A DNA stretch of 64,000 nt from Promethearchaeota archaeon (GCA_011364925.1 RDOA01000012.1:15048-79047), one strand, 5' to 3'; positions 9,087 to 17,019 are shown, numbered from the stretch's first letter. The notes: generated by a model not told the origin, from the sequence alone. Translations and numbers: made by a program.

Positions 9087-9875
9087 CTATTTTTTTCTCG
9101 ATGGTATTAACGCGATCTCGTCATCGTCGTCAATAGAATAATCCCTTATCTGCTTTGATTCGTCTAACAATATCCCACCGGTGGATAGGAGAAAATCTTC
9201 TAAAGCATAATCAAATAGAATTCCGACTTGTTCCTTGAGGATATTTACTAATTCTGAAGTTTCAATAACGATTATTTTGGTTTTCTCGCCAGGTTCGACT
9301 AATGATCTTACATAAACGCGAATCTTATCATCCATTCCAATAGTGGTCAGTGGTGGGTTGTACTGCACTTTTTCATTAGTTCTTTCCTTATATTGCAAGA
9401 TATCTTTAATTAACCGTTTTCTTTCGCTAGGTTCAAAATATAGCATTTCTCTGATAAAAAAGATTTTATCCATCTTTGATAACCCTAGCAAATCAATTTT
9501 GTCTAATTCTTCTCTATTGAACAATGTAAAAATGTAATCGTCGAAGGTCTCAATTTTTTCAAAAGTTTCATCGCTATCTGCATATTGATCTACTAATGGC
9601 ATAGCTTCGAAGTAATCTTCGATTAGTTCGCTTGTAGTTCTATGTATTGGATTTAACTTTTTAGCGTATTTATCTTTTTTTATCTTTTTAGCGGGACTAC
9701 CCGTAGAAGATACAACGGTATAGATCGTGCCCGTTGACAATACCGCAACGCTCCCAACAGTTAGAAAGAGGAATAGAGGTAAACTTTCTATCTGCATTAA
9801 GAAAAAAATCAAATAGAGTATTGCAAAAACAATGTAAAGAGTTAAAATACTTAGAATTCTAAATTTTTTTTTCAT
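9087..9875 (-). CDS. Membrane-anchored protein with C-terminal ubiquitin-like domain (no terminal Gly)
   Basis: Two N-terminal hydrophobic helices. The C-terminal 80 aa (KIRVYVRSLVEPGEK.K....V.ILKEQVGILF...EDFLLSTGGILLDES..IRDYSIDDDDEIALIPSRKK) aligns position by position with the two free Ubls. Confidence 0.65.
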   Translation of the reverse strand: MKKKFRILSILTLYIVFAILYLIFFLMQIESLPLFLFLTVGSVAVLSTGTIYTVVSSTGSPAKKIKKDKYAKKLNPIHRTTSELIEDYFEAMPLVDQYADSDETFEKIETFDDYIFTLFNREELDKIDLLGLSKMDKIFFIREMLYFEPSERKRLIKDILQYKERTNEKVQYNPPLTTIGMDDKIRVYVRSLVEPGEKTKIIVIETSELVNILKEQVGILFDYALEDFLLSTGGILLDESKQIRDYSIDDDDEIALIPSRKK

Positions 9876-9953
9876 GGTTTTTTGGCGAATCTATTCTCTA
9901 AATTTATGATTTAAATGGTATCTAATAAATCGCATTGGTATAACTTTGTAATT

Positions 9954-10628
9954 TTATATATCATAAGGAACTGATTTTCTAATATTCTCATATCTCTTGG
10001 AGTCTAATTTATATAAATCTCTTTTTTTATCTTTTTCAATTGATATTAATTTTAAATTCATTAAAATTTCAAGATATTTTTTAATTGTATTGTAATTACC
10101 TTTTAGGATAGAAGCTATTTCAGTAATTTTCAAAGAATTATCTTCACTCTTTAATAGATTTATAATCTCACGAACGATTTCTTGCTTTAAATAATAATAT
10201 ATCTCGTCTAAATCTGGATCTGAATCGTAATCAAAAATAATTCTTTGATTCTCTATTTTCTTCGACCGTGTAAATCTGAACTTTTCTAAACATGATAAAT
10301 GCCATAACGCTTGATTACTTCCAATATTTATTGCTTTCATTATTTCATTTACATTGGATGGAGTCTTTCGGATATAATTATAAATTTCATTTCGGATTGG
10401 ATGTTCAATAATGTTATTTTTCATTAATCTAGTTCCAGGGATTAGAATTCTTTTTTTAATAAGGTTTTTAATAAAGATTTCGATACTATTTCTGTTCAAT
10501 TCAGGATTAGCTCTTACCCTATTATTGATGAACACCACGATATCTTCGACAGAAAAGAACGGTTTCTTTTTTAAATATTCCTCTATTAGACCACAGACAA
10601 TAGATTGAAGGCTATCAGGCTTGCTCAT
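9954..10628 (-). CDS. Multi winged-helix (wHTH) protein, ArsR-like central module
   Basis: IRNEIYNYIRKTPSNVNEIMKAINIGSNQALWHLSCLEKFRF is an ArsR-type wHTH. A second wHTH follows (KITEIASILKGNYNTIKKYLEILMNLKLISIEKDKKRDLYKL), and there is a possible third at the N-terminus. Confidence 0.6.
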   Translation of the reverse strand: MSKPDSLQSIVCGLIEEYLKKKPFFSVEDIVVFINNRVRANPELNRNSIEIFIKNLIKKRILIPGTRLMKNNIIEHPIRNEIYNYIRKTPSNVNEIMKAINIGSNQALWHLSCLEKFRFTRSKKIENQRIIFDYDSDPDLDEIYYYLKQEIVREIINLLKSEDNSLKITEIASILKGNYNTIKKYLEILMNLKLISIEKDKKRDLYKLDSKRYENIRKSVPYDI

Positions 10629-10897
10629 AAGCTTATTGTTTTAATGTGTTGAATTATACGATTTTTATAATCAAATCTTCTCTCTAAAAGGATATTTTTC
10701 AATTTATATATATTGATAAACAATCATTTAATTTATAAGTATATTAAACTAGGCATTTTAATCTTAATGAATACATTTTTTACATATAACTTAAAAATCT
10801 TCAAAATCATTCCAATCGGTTTTTTAACTCAATATTTTCACCATTAATATAAGTCTAAAAAAAAACTTAAACTAAAAAAACCAAGGAAGCGATTTGA

Positions 10898-11230
10898 ATG
10901 AGTTTTGAAGAAGATTTTGATGAGGAATTAGAACCAGTTAAATCTAAAACCCCATCAAGTAAAACACCCTCAACAGGTAAGAAGTTGACTTTATATTTTA
11001 TGTCAACTATTGGTCCTGGTGAAAAGAAGGAGAAGTTAACTGTCAATGATGCAAATCGGGTAAGTGATATTAAACAGACATTAGGAAATCTATTCGGTCT
11101 TGATCCAGATGAATTTCACTTATCATCTGGAGGTGTTACAATGGATGAGAATAGTCAATTAAAAGATTATAATGTCAATGACGGCGACGACATTCTTTTG
11201 ATTCCAGCAAGTACTGCGGGATTAAATTAA
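10898..11230 (+). CDS. Ubiquitin-like beta-grasp protein B (first gene of the E1-E2-JAMM-RING operon), C-terminus ...LLIPASTAG-LN
   Basis: Same core as Ubl-A (KKLTLYFMSTIGPGEKKEK...DEFHLSSGGVTMDEN..DYNVNDGDDILLIPASTAGLN). Short acidic FEED FDEE LEPV N-terminus. AAGGAAG RBS-like element upstream. Confidence 0.8.
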   Translation: MSFEEDFDEELEPVKSKTPSSKTPSTGKKLTLYFMSTIGPGEKKEKLTVNDANRVSDIKQTLGNLFGLDPDEFHLSSGGVTMDENSQLKDYNVNDGDDILLIPASTAGLN

Positions 11231-11263
11231 ATTTATATATCATTCTTTTCATAAAATTAATAA

Positions 11264-11300
11264 AAGGGCTTTAAGCCCTTCAATTTTTTTATTTTTTTGA
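11264..11300 (+). terminator. Hairpin plus oligo-T tract between Ubl-B and E1
   Basis: AAGGGCT-tta-AGCCCTT forms a perfect 7-bp stem, followed by caatttttttattttttt. Oligo-T tracts act as archaeal termination signals. Confidence 0.4.
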
Positions 11301-11309
11301 ACAATATTA

Positions 11310-12545
11310 ATGGTGATAATATTGCATAAGGATTCAGATTTTTTTGCAAAGGGATTGTCAGAAGAAGAGAGAGACTTATACGATCGTCAATTTCGTTTAG
11401 AAGGATGGTCCCAAAAATTAGTAAAAAAATCGAGAGTTTTAATCGCGGGAGTAGGAGGGTTAGGATGTGAAATTGCTAAGAATTTAGCTATGTTAGGGGT
11501 AGGCCATATAGATCTCGTGGATCTAGATATCATCGAACACTCTAACTTAAACCGCCAAGTTCTGTTTGCAGGCGCAAAGCTGGGAGAACCGAAAGCAATT
11601 GCGGCTGCAAAAAAGTTAGCTGAAATTAATCCTAATATTATTGTTAATGGATACCATTCATCGTTAGAACGATTAGAGCCCTCTCTCTACTATAATGCTG
11701 ATGTTGTTATAGGGGGACTTGATTCAATGAATGCGAGATTAAATTTAAACGCTCAATGTATTAGATTTAGGAAACCATTAGTAGATGGAGGGGTTTCTGG
11801 CTATTATGGACATGTATATACAATATTCCCATATCGGAATGCATGTTATGAATGCAATCCGCTGCCAGATGTGGCAAGTGATGAAATGGCAGCTTGTACC
11901 GTAGTTGGTATCCCTCGAAAAAGAATTCATTGCGTTTTTAAAGGAGATATGGCCTTCAAAGAAAAATTTGATAGAGATCCGAATCCTAAAAATGTAGAAG
12001 AGATAAGGTTTATTCAAAAAGTTGCAAATGAACTTGTTACAAAACACAATTTCTTTCCTGAATATACAGAAGATGATATTGTAAAAATTATTGATCGCCA
12101 TGATCCAGGAATTATAACAATAAACGCAACAATATCAGCTTTACAATCTCACGAAGCGATTAAAATCCTTCATTGGAAAAACGGTCATAAAGGATTAGGT
12201 GAACCAATTATAAATTATATGATATTTAATGCTATGACAATGAAATTATACCACATTGAAAAGAAGAGAAATCCAGAATGTTCTCAATGTGGTAAAAATG
12301 TGAGACGCGTTGTAATTAAAATGAGAGAAAACTCTCCATGCATGAATATAATTAAAATATTACAAAAAAATGGATACAAATTAGAATCGGAATTTGAACC
12401 AGTATTAACTCTTTTGGATTTTAACGATATAATTGTTCTAGATTTAGAGCAAAATCCAATTCAAAATGGTTTGAGGATTTACGAATTTCTCACGGTTGCG
12501 GGGTTTGAAGGAGGAGAAATATACGTAACCTTAAAATTTAAATAA
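11310..12545 (+). CDS. Ubiquitin-activating E1-like enzyme (ThiF/MoeB/UBA family)
   Basis: YDRQ.RL..W, the Rossmann motif VLIAGVGGLGCEIAKNLAMLGVGHIDLVDLDIIEHSNLNRQ, the zinc pairs CYEC and CSQC, a candidate catalytic Cys in MAACTVVGIP, and an extra C-terminal domain of about 80 aa. Confidence 0.9.
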   Translation: MVIILHKDSDFFAKGLSEEERDLYDRQFRLEGWSQKLVKKSRVLIAGVGGLGCEIAKNLAMLGVGHIDLVDLDIIEHSNLNRQVLFAGAKLGEPKAIAAAKKLAEINPNIIVNGYHSSLERLEPSLYYNADVVIGGLDSMNARLNLNAQCIRFRKPLVDGGVSGYYGHVYTIFPYRNACYECNPLPDVASDEMAACTVVGIPRKRIHCVFKGDMAFKEKFDRDPNPKNVEEIRFIQKVANELVTKHNFFPEYTEDDIVKIIDRHDPGIITINATISALQSHEAIKILHWKNGHKGLGEPIINYMIFNAMTMKLYHIEKKRNPECSQCGKNVRRVVIKMRENSPCMNIIKILQKNGYKLESEFEPVLTLLDFNDIIVLDLEQNPIQNGLRIYEFLTVAGFEGGEIYVTLKFK

Positions 12546-12611
12546 ATAATTTATCCAAAATATAAATCTAATAAAAAATTATAAAAAAAAACAAAAAACG
12601 GGGTTAAAGAT

Positions 12612-13139
12612 ATGAGTATAAGAAGTAGTCGAGTCTCTCGAGATTTTGCGGGACTTAAAAGATTGCTAAAGGAAGGTACCATCATCCAATTAAAGCCATT
12701 TAATCCAAAAAAAAAGAGTATTGATCACTTAGCTTTAACGGTTAAAGGTCCTAAAGGAACAGCTTACGCAGGAGGATTGTTCAGATTGGAAATGAAGTTT
12801 CCTGTTCAGTACCCTAAACAACCTCCTTTTGTGAGATTGCACACTCCTATTTGGCATCCAAATTTTTGGCCAAAACCTAATGAATATAAAGGACAAAGAA
12901 ATATTTGCTTAGCGTTAGTAGATCCGTCTCTAGTGGGGACAAAAGGTGGATGGAGCCCTTCGAAAACAGCTGTTACAGTTGTTCAAGCAATCATTGCTAT
13001 GCTCAACACGCGAGGTAAGTATGTCAATCCAACTGATGTGTTTAATAAAAAAGCAGCGATAGAAATGATAAAGGATCCTAAAATGTTTGAAAAGAAAGTG
13101 AAAAGCTTAACTAAGAAATACGCTAAGGATAAATGGTGA
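12612..13139 (+). CDS. Ubiquitin-conjugating E2-like enzyme (UBC fold)
   Basis: GPKGTAYAGGLFRLEMKFPVQYPKQPPFVRLHTPIWHPNF....NICLALV carries the canonical UBC core. The HPN motif is at 12855-12863 and the catalytic Cys codon is at 12906-12908. Confidence 0.85.
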   Translation: MSIRSSRVSRDFAGLKRLLKEGTIIQLKPFNPKKKSIDHLALTVKGPKGTAYAGGLFRLEMKFPVQYPKQPPFVRLHTPIWHPNFWPKPNEYKGQRNICLALVDPSLVGTKGGWSPSKTAVTVVQAIIAMLNTRGKYVNPTDVFNKKAAIEMIKDPKMFEKKVKSLTKKYAKDKW

Positions 13140-13146
13140 TTATGGA

Positions 13147-13956
13147 ATGGGCATTGACGAAAATAATTCTAGTTCCATTAGAGATGCGATAAAACAGAGA
13201 ATTAAAGAGAAAATTAAAAAAGAACTCCTCGAAGAAGTGTACACTGAATTACAATTAGAAGAATTACAAGAAGAAATAACCGCTGAATTTATCGATGTAA
13301 AACCGATAAATCACTCTAAATATATCAAAGCTAACCTTGAACCAATTCCAATGGAACCCGTAGTAGAAACTGTGGCTAGAAGCGATAAAATTGAAGCGAC
13401 TATAACAATCACGATAAAAGCAGTTCTTAAAATCGCCAGTCATTCTCTCAAATATGCGCATTCAAAAATACCTAGAGAACAATGGGTAGAAGTAATTGGC
13501 TTACTCGCTGGAAAGTATAATGAGTCTAACGGAATATTACATATTGAAGATGCTTATCCAATGGGGCATGGTACAGCGGTGTATGCTGAAATAAAGGATT
13601 ATAAGAATTATGTTAGAGCTTTTAAAGATATCAAGAAAAAAAAGGGCTTATTCATAGCAGGATGGTATCATAGCCACCCAAGTTATAGTTGCTTTATGTC
13701 AAGGGAAGATTTAAGCACACAGGCTAGATATCAAAAGCTTTGGGACAAAGCCGTTGCACTCGTAATCGATCCATTTTTAATTAACGGAAGATCAGTTGGA
13801 TTTGAAATTTACCGCGCAAATTTTAAAACAAAGAAATGGTTTTCAGTGCCTTTTGAAATTAAAGGGCATTTAGATATTCGCATGTTACCGGAGATTATAG
13901 AATTCATGAATCCGATAATAGAAGGGAAACCAGCCTATTTAGAATATGATGAGTAA
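13147..13956 (+). CDS. JAMM/MPN+ metalloisopeptidase (Rpn11/CSN5-like)
   Basis: The upstream Glu is in EVIGLLAG. The JAMM motif HSHPSYSCFMSREDL (H-x-H-x7-S-xx-D) lies at 13669-13710. Charged N-terminal extension of about 80 aa. Confidence 0.9.
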   Translation: MGIDENNSSSIRDAIKQRIKEKIKKELLEEVYTELQLEELQEEITAEFIDVKPINHSKYIKANLEPIPMEPVVETVARSDKIEATITITIKAVLKIASHSLKYAHSKIPREQWVEVIGLLAGKYNESNGILHIEDAYPMGHGTAVYAEIKDYKNYVRAFKDIKKKKGLFIAGWYHSHPSYSCFMSREDLSTQARYQKLWDKAVALVIDPFLINGRSVGFEIYRANFKTKKWFSVPFEIKGHLDIRMLPEIIEFMNPIIEGKPAYLEYDE

Positions 13957-13988
13957 AGAAAATAAGTTAATATTGTGATGTTTAAACC

Positions 13989-15110
13989 ATGGTTAAAAAT
14001 AAAACCTTAACAATCATTTTTGCTATTTTTTTAGTTATTGGGGTAATTCATGGTTTAATCTCTCTTTCTTTTTTAAATTTTGCAACCTGGGTTTTAATAG
14101 GATTATGGGTAATATTTACAATAAAATTATATGTAAACATAAAACGGCACCGTGAGTTTAATTCGCCACATAATACTGCATTTTTTGTCATTATTCCGTT
14201 AACTATTGGAATATTTTACTCAATTTGGGGCTATTATACAGGAATTCTAGGAGAAAATTTACTCGGTGGAGTATATTTTAGTCTATGGAGCTTAATTTTT
14301 GCTTTTCCTTTTGTGATCTATGGATCCTACTCATTATATCGATGTTTCAAGAAATACAATGTAATATATTTTGGGACCAAAGCTGTGAAAGCCCGAAAAT
14401 TGGGATACATTCTTTCTTTTTCAGTTCTTATTTTTATTTTGATTTATTGGATAAGTTTTTATAGCGCAATTGAGAGTTTTCCGTTGGATTTGAATCTCTT
14501 AATACTATTTATAGCTACAATTTTAGTCGTAATAATATTTGGTTTTACTAATTCTCGTCCATCATTACCTACTTTAACACGCGATTATATTGCAAATCGT
14601 ACTAGAACAATAAACAATTTAACTACGCCTACAACACAACGACAGCGTTTACGGACTACAAGAGTAACCGCTCCTACTCCATCTACTAGAGCAACAACAC
14701 AAACTTCAAGATCGAGAACTCATTCGTCAAGAATAACCCCTACATCACATAGACAAACTACAAGAACTAAAACAACAAAAGTTACACACACAACTACTGT
14801 TAAACCTACTTCCAAAATTCGGAATATTAATAATTATAAACCCAGAGCATCGTATTTGTCATTAGAAGATTTTAAGTGTATCTTTTGTTTTAAGCTACCA
14901 AAACTTCCTGATGACAAGGGTCGAGGAGTGGTTATATGTCCAAATTGCAGATATCCCTCCCATGCGGATGAATTCAAAGATTGGATGCGCACTTCAAATC
15001 TTTGTTCGCGTTGTAGTGCTCCTATTCCTACCAGCTTTAGGCGTAATCCCAGTATAGTAAGTGTAAAGAACTACATTATTGCTTATAAACAATTGTTAAA
15101 ACGCAAATAA
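13989..15110 (+). CDS. Polytopic membrane protein with T/R/S-rich linker and C-terminal RING-like zinc finger (putative membrane E3)
   Basis: About six hydrophobic helices (13989-14570). Low-complexity linker TTPTTQRQRLRTTRVTAPTPSTRATTQTSRSRTHSS... (about 14598-14820). The finger is CIFC-x17-CPNC-x4-H-x3-F-x2-W-x7-CSRC (14877-15014). Confidence 0.6.
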   Translation: MVKNKTLTIIFAIFLVIGVIHGLISLSFLNFATWVLIGLWVIFTIKLYVNIKRHREFNSPHNTAFFVIIPLTIGIFYSIWGYYTGILGENLLGGVYFSLWSLIFAFPFVIYGSYSLYRCFKKYNVIYFGTKAVKARKLGYILSFSVLIFILIYWISFYSAIESFPLDLNLLILFIATILVVIIFGFTNSRPSLPTLTRDYIANRTRTINNLTTPTTQRQRLRTTRVTAPTPSTRATTQTSRSRTHSSRITPTSHRQTTRTKTTKVTHTTTVKPTSKIRNINNYKPRASYLSLEDFKCIFCFKLPKLPDDKGRGVVICPNCRYPSHADEFKDWMRTSNLCSRCSAPIPTSFRRNPSIVSVKNYIIAYKQLLKRK

Positions 15111-15218
15111 AGAGGAACGATTTTTAATTCTATTAAGTGAGTTTTTCTATTTCTAATATTTATTATATTTTCGTAAATTCTAATATATATATATTAAAAA
15201 AGTGTTAACGAAAGAAAA

Positions 15219-15779
15219 ATGAATAAAGAAAGCGTACAAGAACTAATCACACAACTTATTAAGGAGATTGAAGGGAATGAGGGAGAATTACGCCCTGCCA
15301 CGAAAGAAACTCCAAGACGAGTAGCCAATGCGTATAGCGAAATATTTGATGGCTATCGAACAGACATAGACAAGGAAGTGAAAGTCTTTAAAGCAAACTA
15401 TAGCGAGATTATTGTATCTAAAGATATTAAGTTTTATAGCATGTGCGAGCACCATATTCTCCCTTTCTACGGTACTGTTGACATTATATATATGCCAGGC
15501 GAGTATCTTTTAGGAATTTCAAAATTCGCACGAGTAGTTAATTATTTTTCTCATAGATTAAATGTTCAAGAAAAGATGACAGATGACATTGCAAATTATT
15601 TAATGACCTGTTCGTTAAAACCAAGAGGAGTGATGGTTATAGTCAAAGGTACTCATTTATGCGAGATAATGAGGGGTGTAAAGCAGTCTAATCCTTTAAT
15701 AATAACATCTGCTATAAAGGGAATATTTAAAACTAACCTTGCTACGAGATCAGAAGCGTTGGAACTATTAAATTTATAA
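15219..15779 (+). CDS. folE: GTP cyclohydrolase I (FolE type IA)
   Basis: TP.RVA.AY.E.F.GY, the hallmark SMCEHHILPFYG, and QERLT-like VQEKMT. 186 aa. Confidence 0.9.
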   Translation: MNKESVQELITQLIKEIEGNEGELRPATKETPRRVANAYSEIFDGYRTDIDKEVKVFKANYSEIIVSKDIKFYSMCEHHILPFYGTVDIIYMPGEYLLGISKFARVVNYFSHRLNVQEKMTDDIANYLMTCSLKPRGVMVIVKGTHLCEIMRGVKQSNPLIITSAIKGIFKTNLATRSEALELLNL

Positions 15780-15837
15780 CCCTAAACATATTATTACTGA
15801 CAATAGTTATTTTTTTATCAAAATCATAAAAATTTTT

Positions 15838-17019
15838 GTGTGGGTTATGTCCAAAACCTTCATACATAGTAATTACGGTTTGATTGGAGTCGGCTTAGAA
15901 TTTAAAAAGAACATCACAGTCGAAGTTAATGAAGATGGAATAATTAATAATCTTTCTTATGATGATGTAAGAGAAGATATCAATATTTCGTCGAAACATC
16001 CTACTTTTTTATTAATACCTGGTTTGATTAATTCTCATATTCATATTTGTGACAGTTTTGCTAAAGAACAAGGTTTTAATAAAAATTTAATAGAAGTTGT
16101 CGCCCCTCCTAATGGGATTAAACATAAATTGCTAGAAAATACTTCAGAAGCGATCAAAGTACAAGGAATAAAAGAAGCAGTTAAGGATATGTTAGCTAAT
16201 GGCATAACTCTGTTCGTAGATTTTAGAGAAAATGGAATAATTGGCGTTAACATATTAAAAGATGCTTTAGAAAATTCACCAATTAATTGCATTATTTTAG
16301 GAAGATTCAAAAATCTTGAAGAAGCAGAGGTTATTATAAAAAAAGCTAATGGAATTGGATTTGCAAGTTATGATCAGCTTTCTCAAGATCATAAAAATAT
16401 AATAATTGGATTAAAAAATAAATATAGAAGCAAGATTATTGCTTGTCACGATGCAGAGTTATCACGGAACGAGTTACTATTGAAGGATATAATAAGAGAT
16501 GGAATAATTGATGTTGTTATTCACGGGACGCACTATACGATGGAAGATTTAAAAAAGATTAAGGAAAACCATATAATGTTAGTTTTATGCCCAAGATGTA
16601 ATGGTTATTTTGGGTGTGGTTTTCCACCTATTAAGGAATTATGCTATCTAGAAATCCCTGTTAGTCTTGGAACAGATAATGTAATGGCAAATAACATTGA
16701 TTTATTTGAAGAGATGCGTTATTTATATAGGATTTTCCGTGTATTGGCTGCTAATAAAAGTAAGAATATTTTAACATCAAAAGAGCTGTTAAAAATGGTA
16801 ACTATTAATGCTGCAAAAAACTTTGGTCTGTTAGAGAAATTTGGTTCTATTTCAGTGGGAAAATATGCGGATTTTTCTCTATTAAGCCTTTCTGATTCAA
16901 ATTATTATTCACATGAGTTTGATAGTGAAAATATTTATAACATAATTGTTCAAAGAACAAGGGCAGAGAATATAAAAAGGACTTATATTAAAGGTGAGGT
17001 AGTATCTGAAAGAAAGTGA
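15838..17019 (+). CDS. Amidohydrolase-superfamily deaminase-type enzyme (cytosine/guanine/MTA deaminase-like)
   Basis: PGLINSHIHI (HxH metal site), ACHDAE (HxxE motif of the deaminase subgroup), VIHGTH, and LGTDNV (terminal Asp). Confidence 0.75.
   Translation: MWVMSKTFIHSNYGLIGVGLEFKKNITVEVNEDGIINNLSYDDVREDINISSKHPTFLLIPGLINSHIHICDSFAKEQGFNKNLIEVVAPPNGIKHKLLENTSEAIKVQGIKEAVKDMLANGITLFVDFRENGIIGVNILKDALENSPINCIILGRFKNLEEAEVIIKKANGIGFASYDQLSQDHKNIIIGLKNKYRSKIIACHDAELSRNELLLKDIIRDGIIDVVIHGTHYTMEDLKKIKENHIMLVLCPRCNGYFGCGFPPIKELCYLEIPVSLGTDNVMANNIDLFEEMRYLYRIFRVLAANKSKNILTSKELLKMVTINAAKNFGLLEKFGSISVGKYADFSLLSLSDSNYYSHEFDSENIYNIIVQRTRAENIKRTYIKGEVVSERK

Noticed and set aside
6293-15110. Interpretation of the E1/E2/JAB genes plus nearby nucleotidyltransferase as a CBASS type II or Bil-like antiviral module
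   Set aside because: - The E1 and E2 are separate genes.
- The E2 is a canonical UBC (HPN...C).
- A RING-like gene is present.
- The NTase is on the opposite strand in another operon and is of the minimal GS..DxD type rather than cGAS/CD-NTase-like.
- No effector such as a phospholipase, an endonuclease or a TM toxin is evident.

I keep it only as a synteny question.
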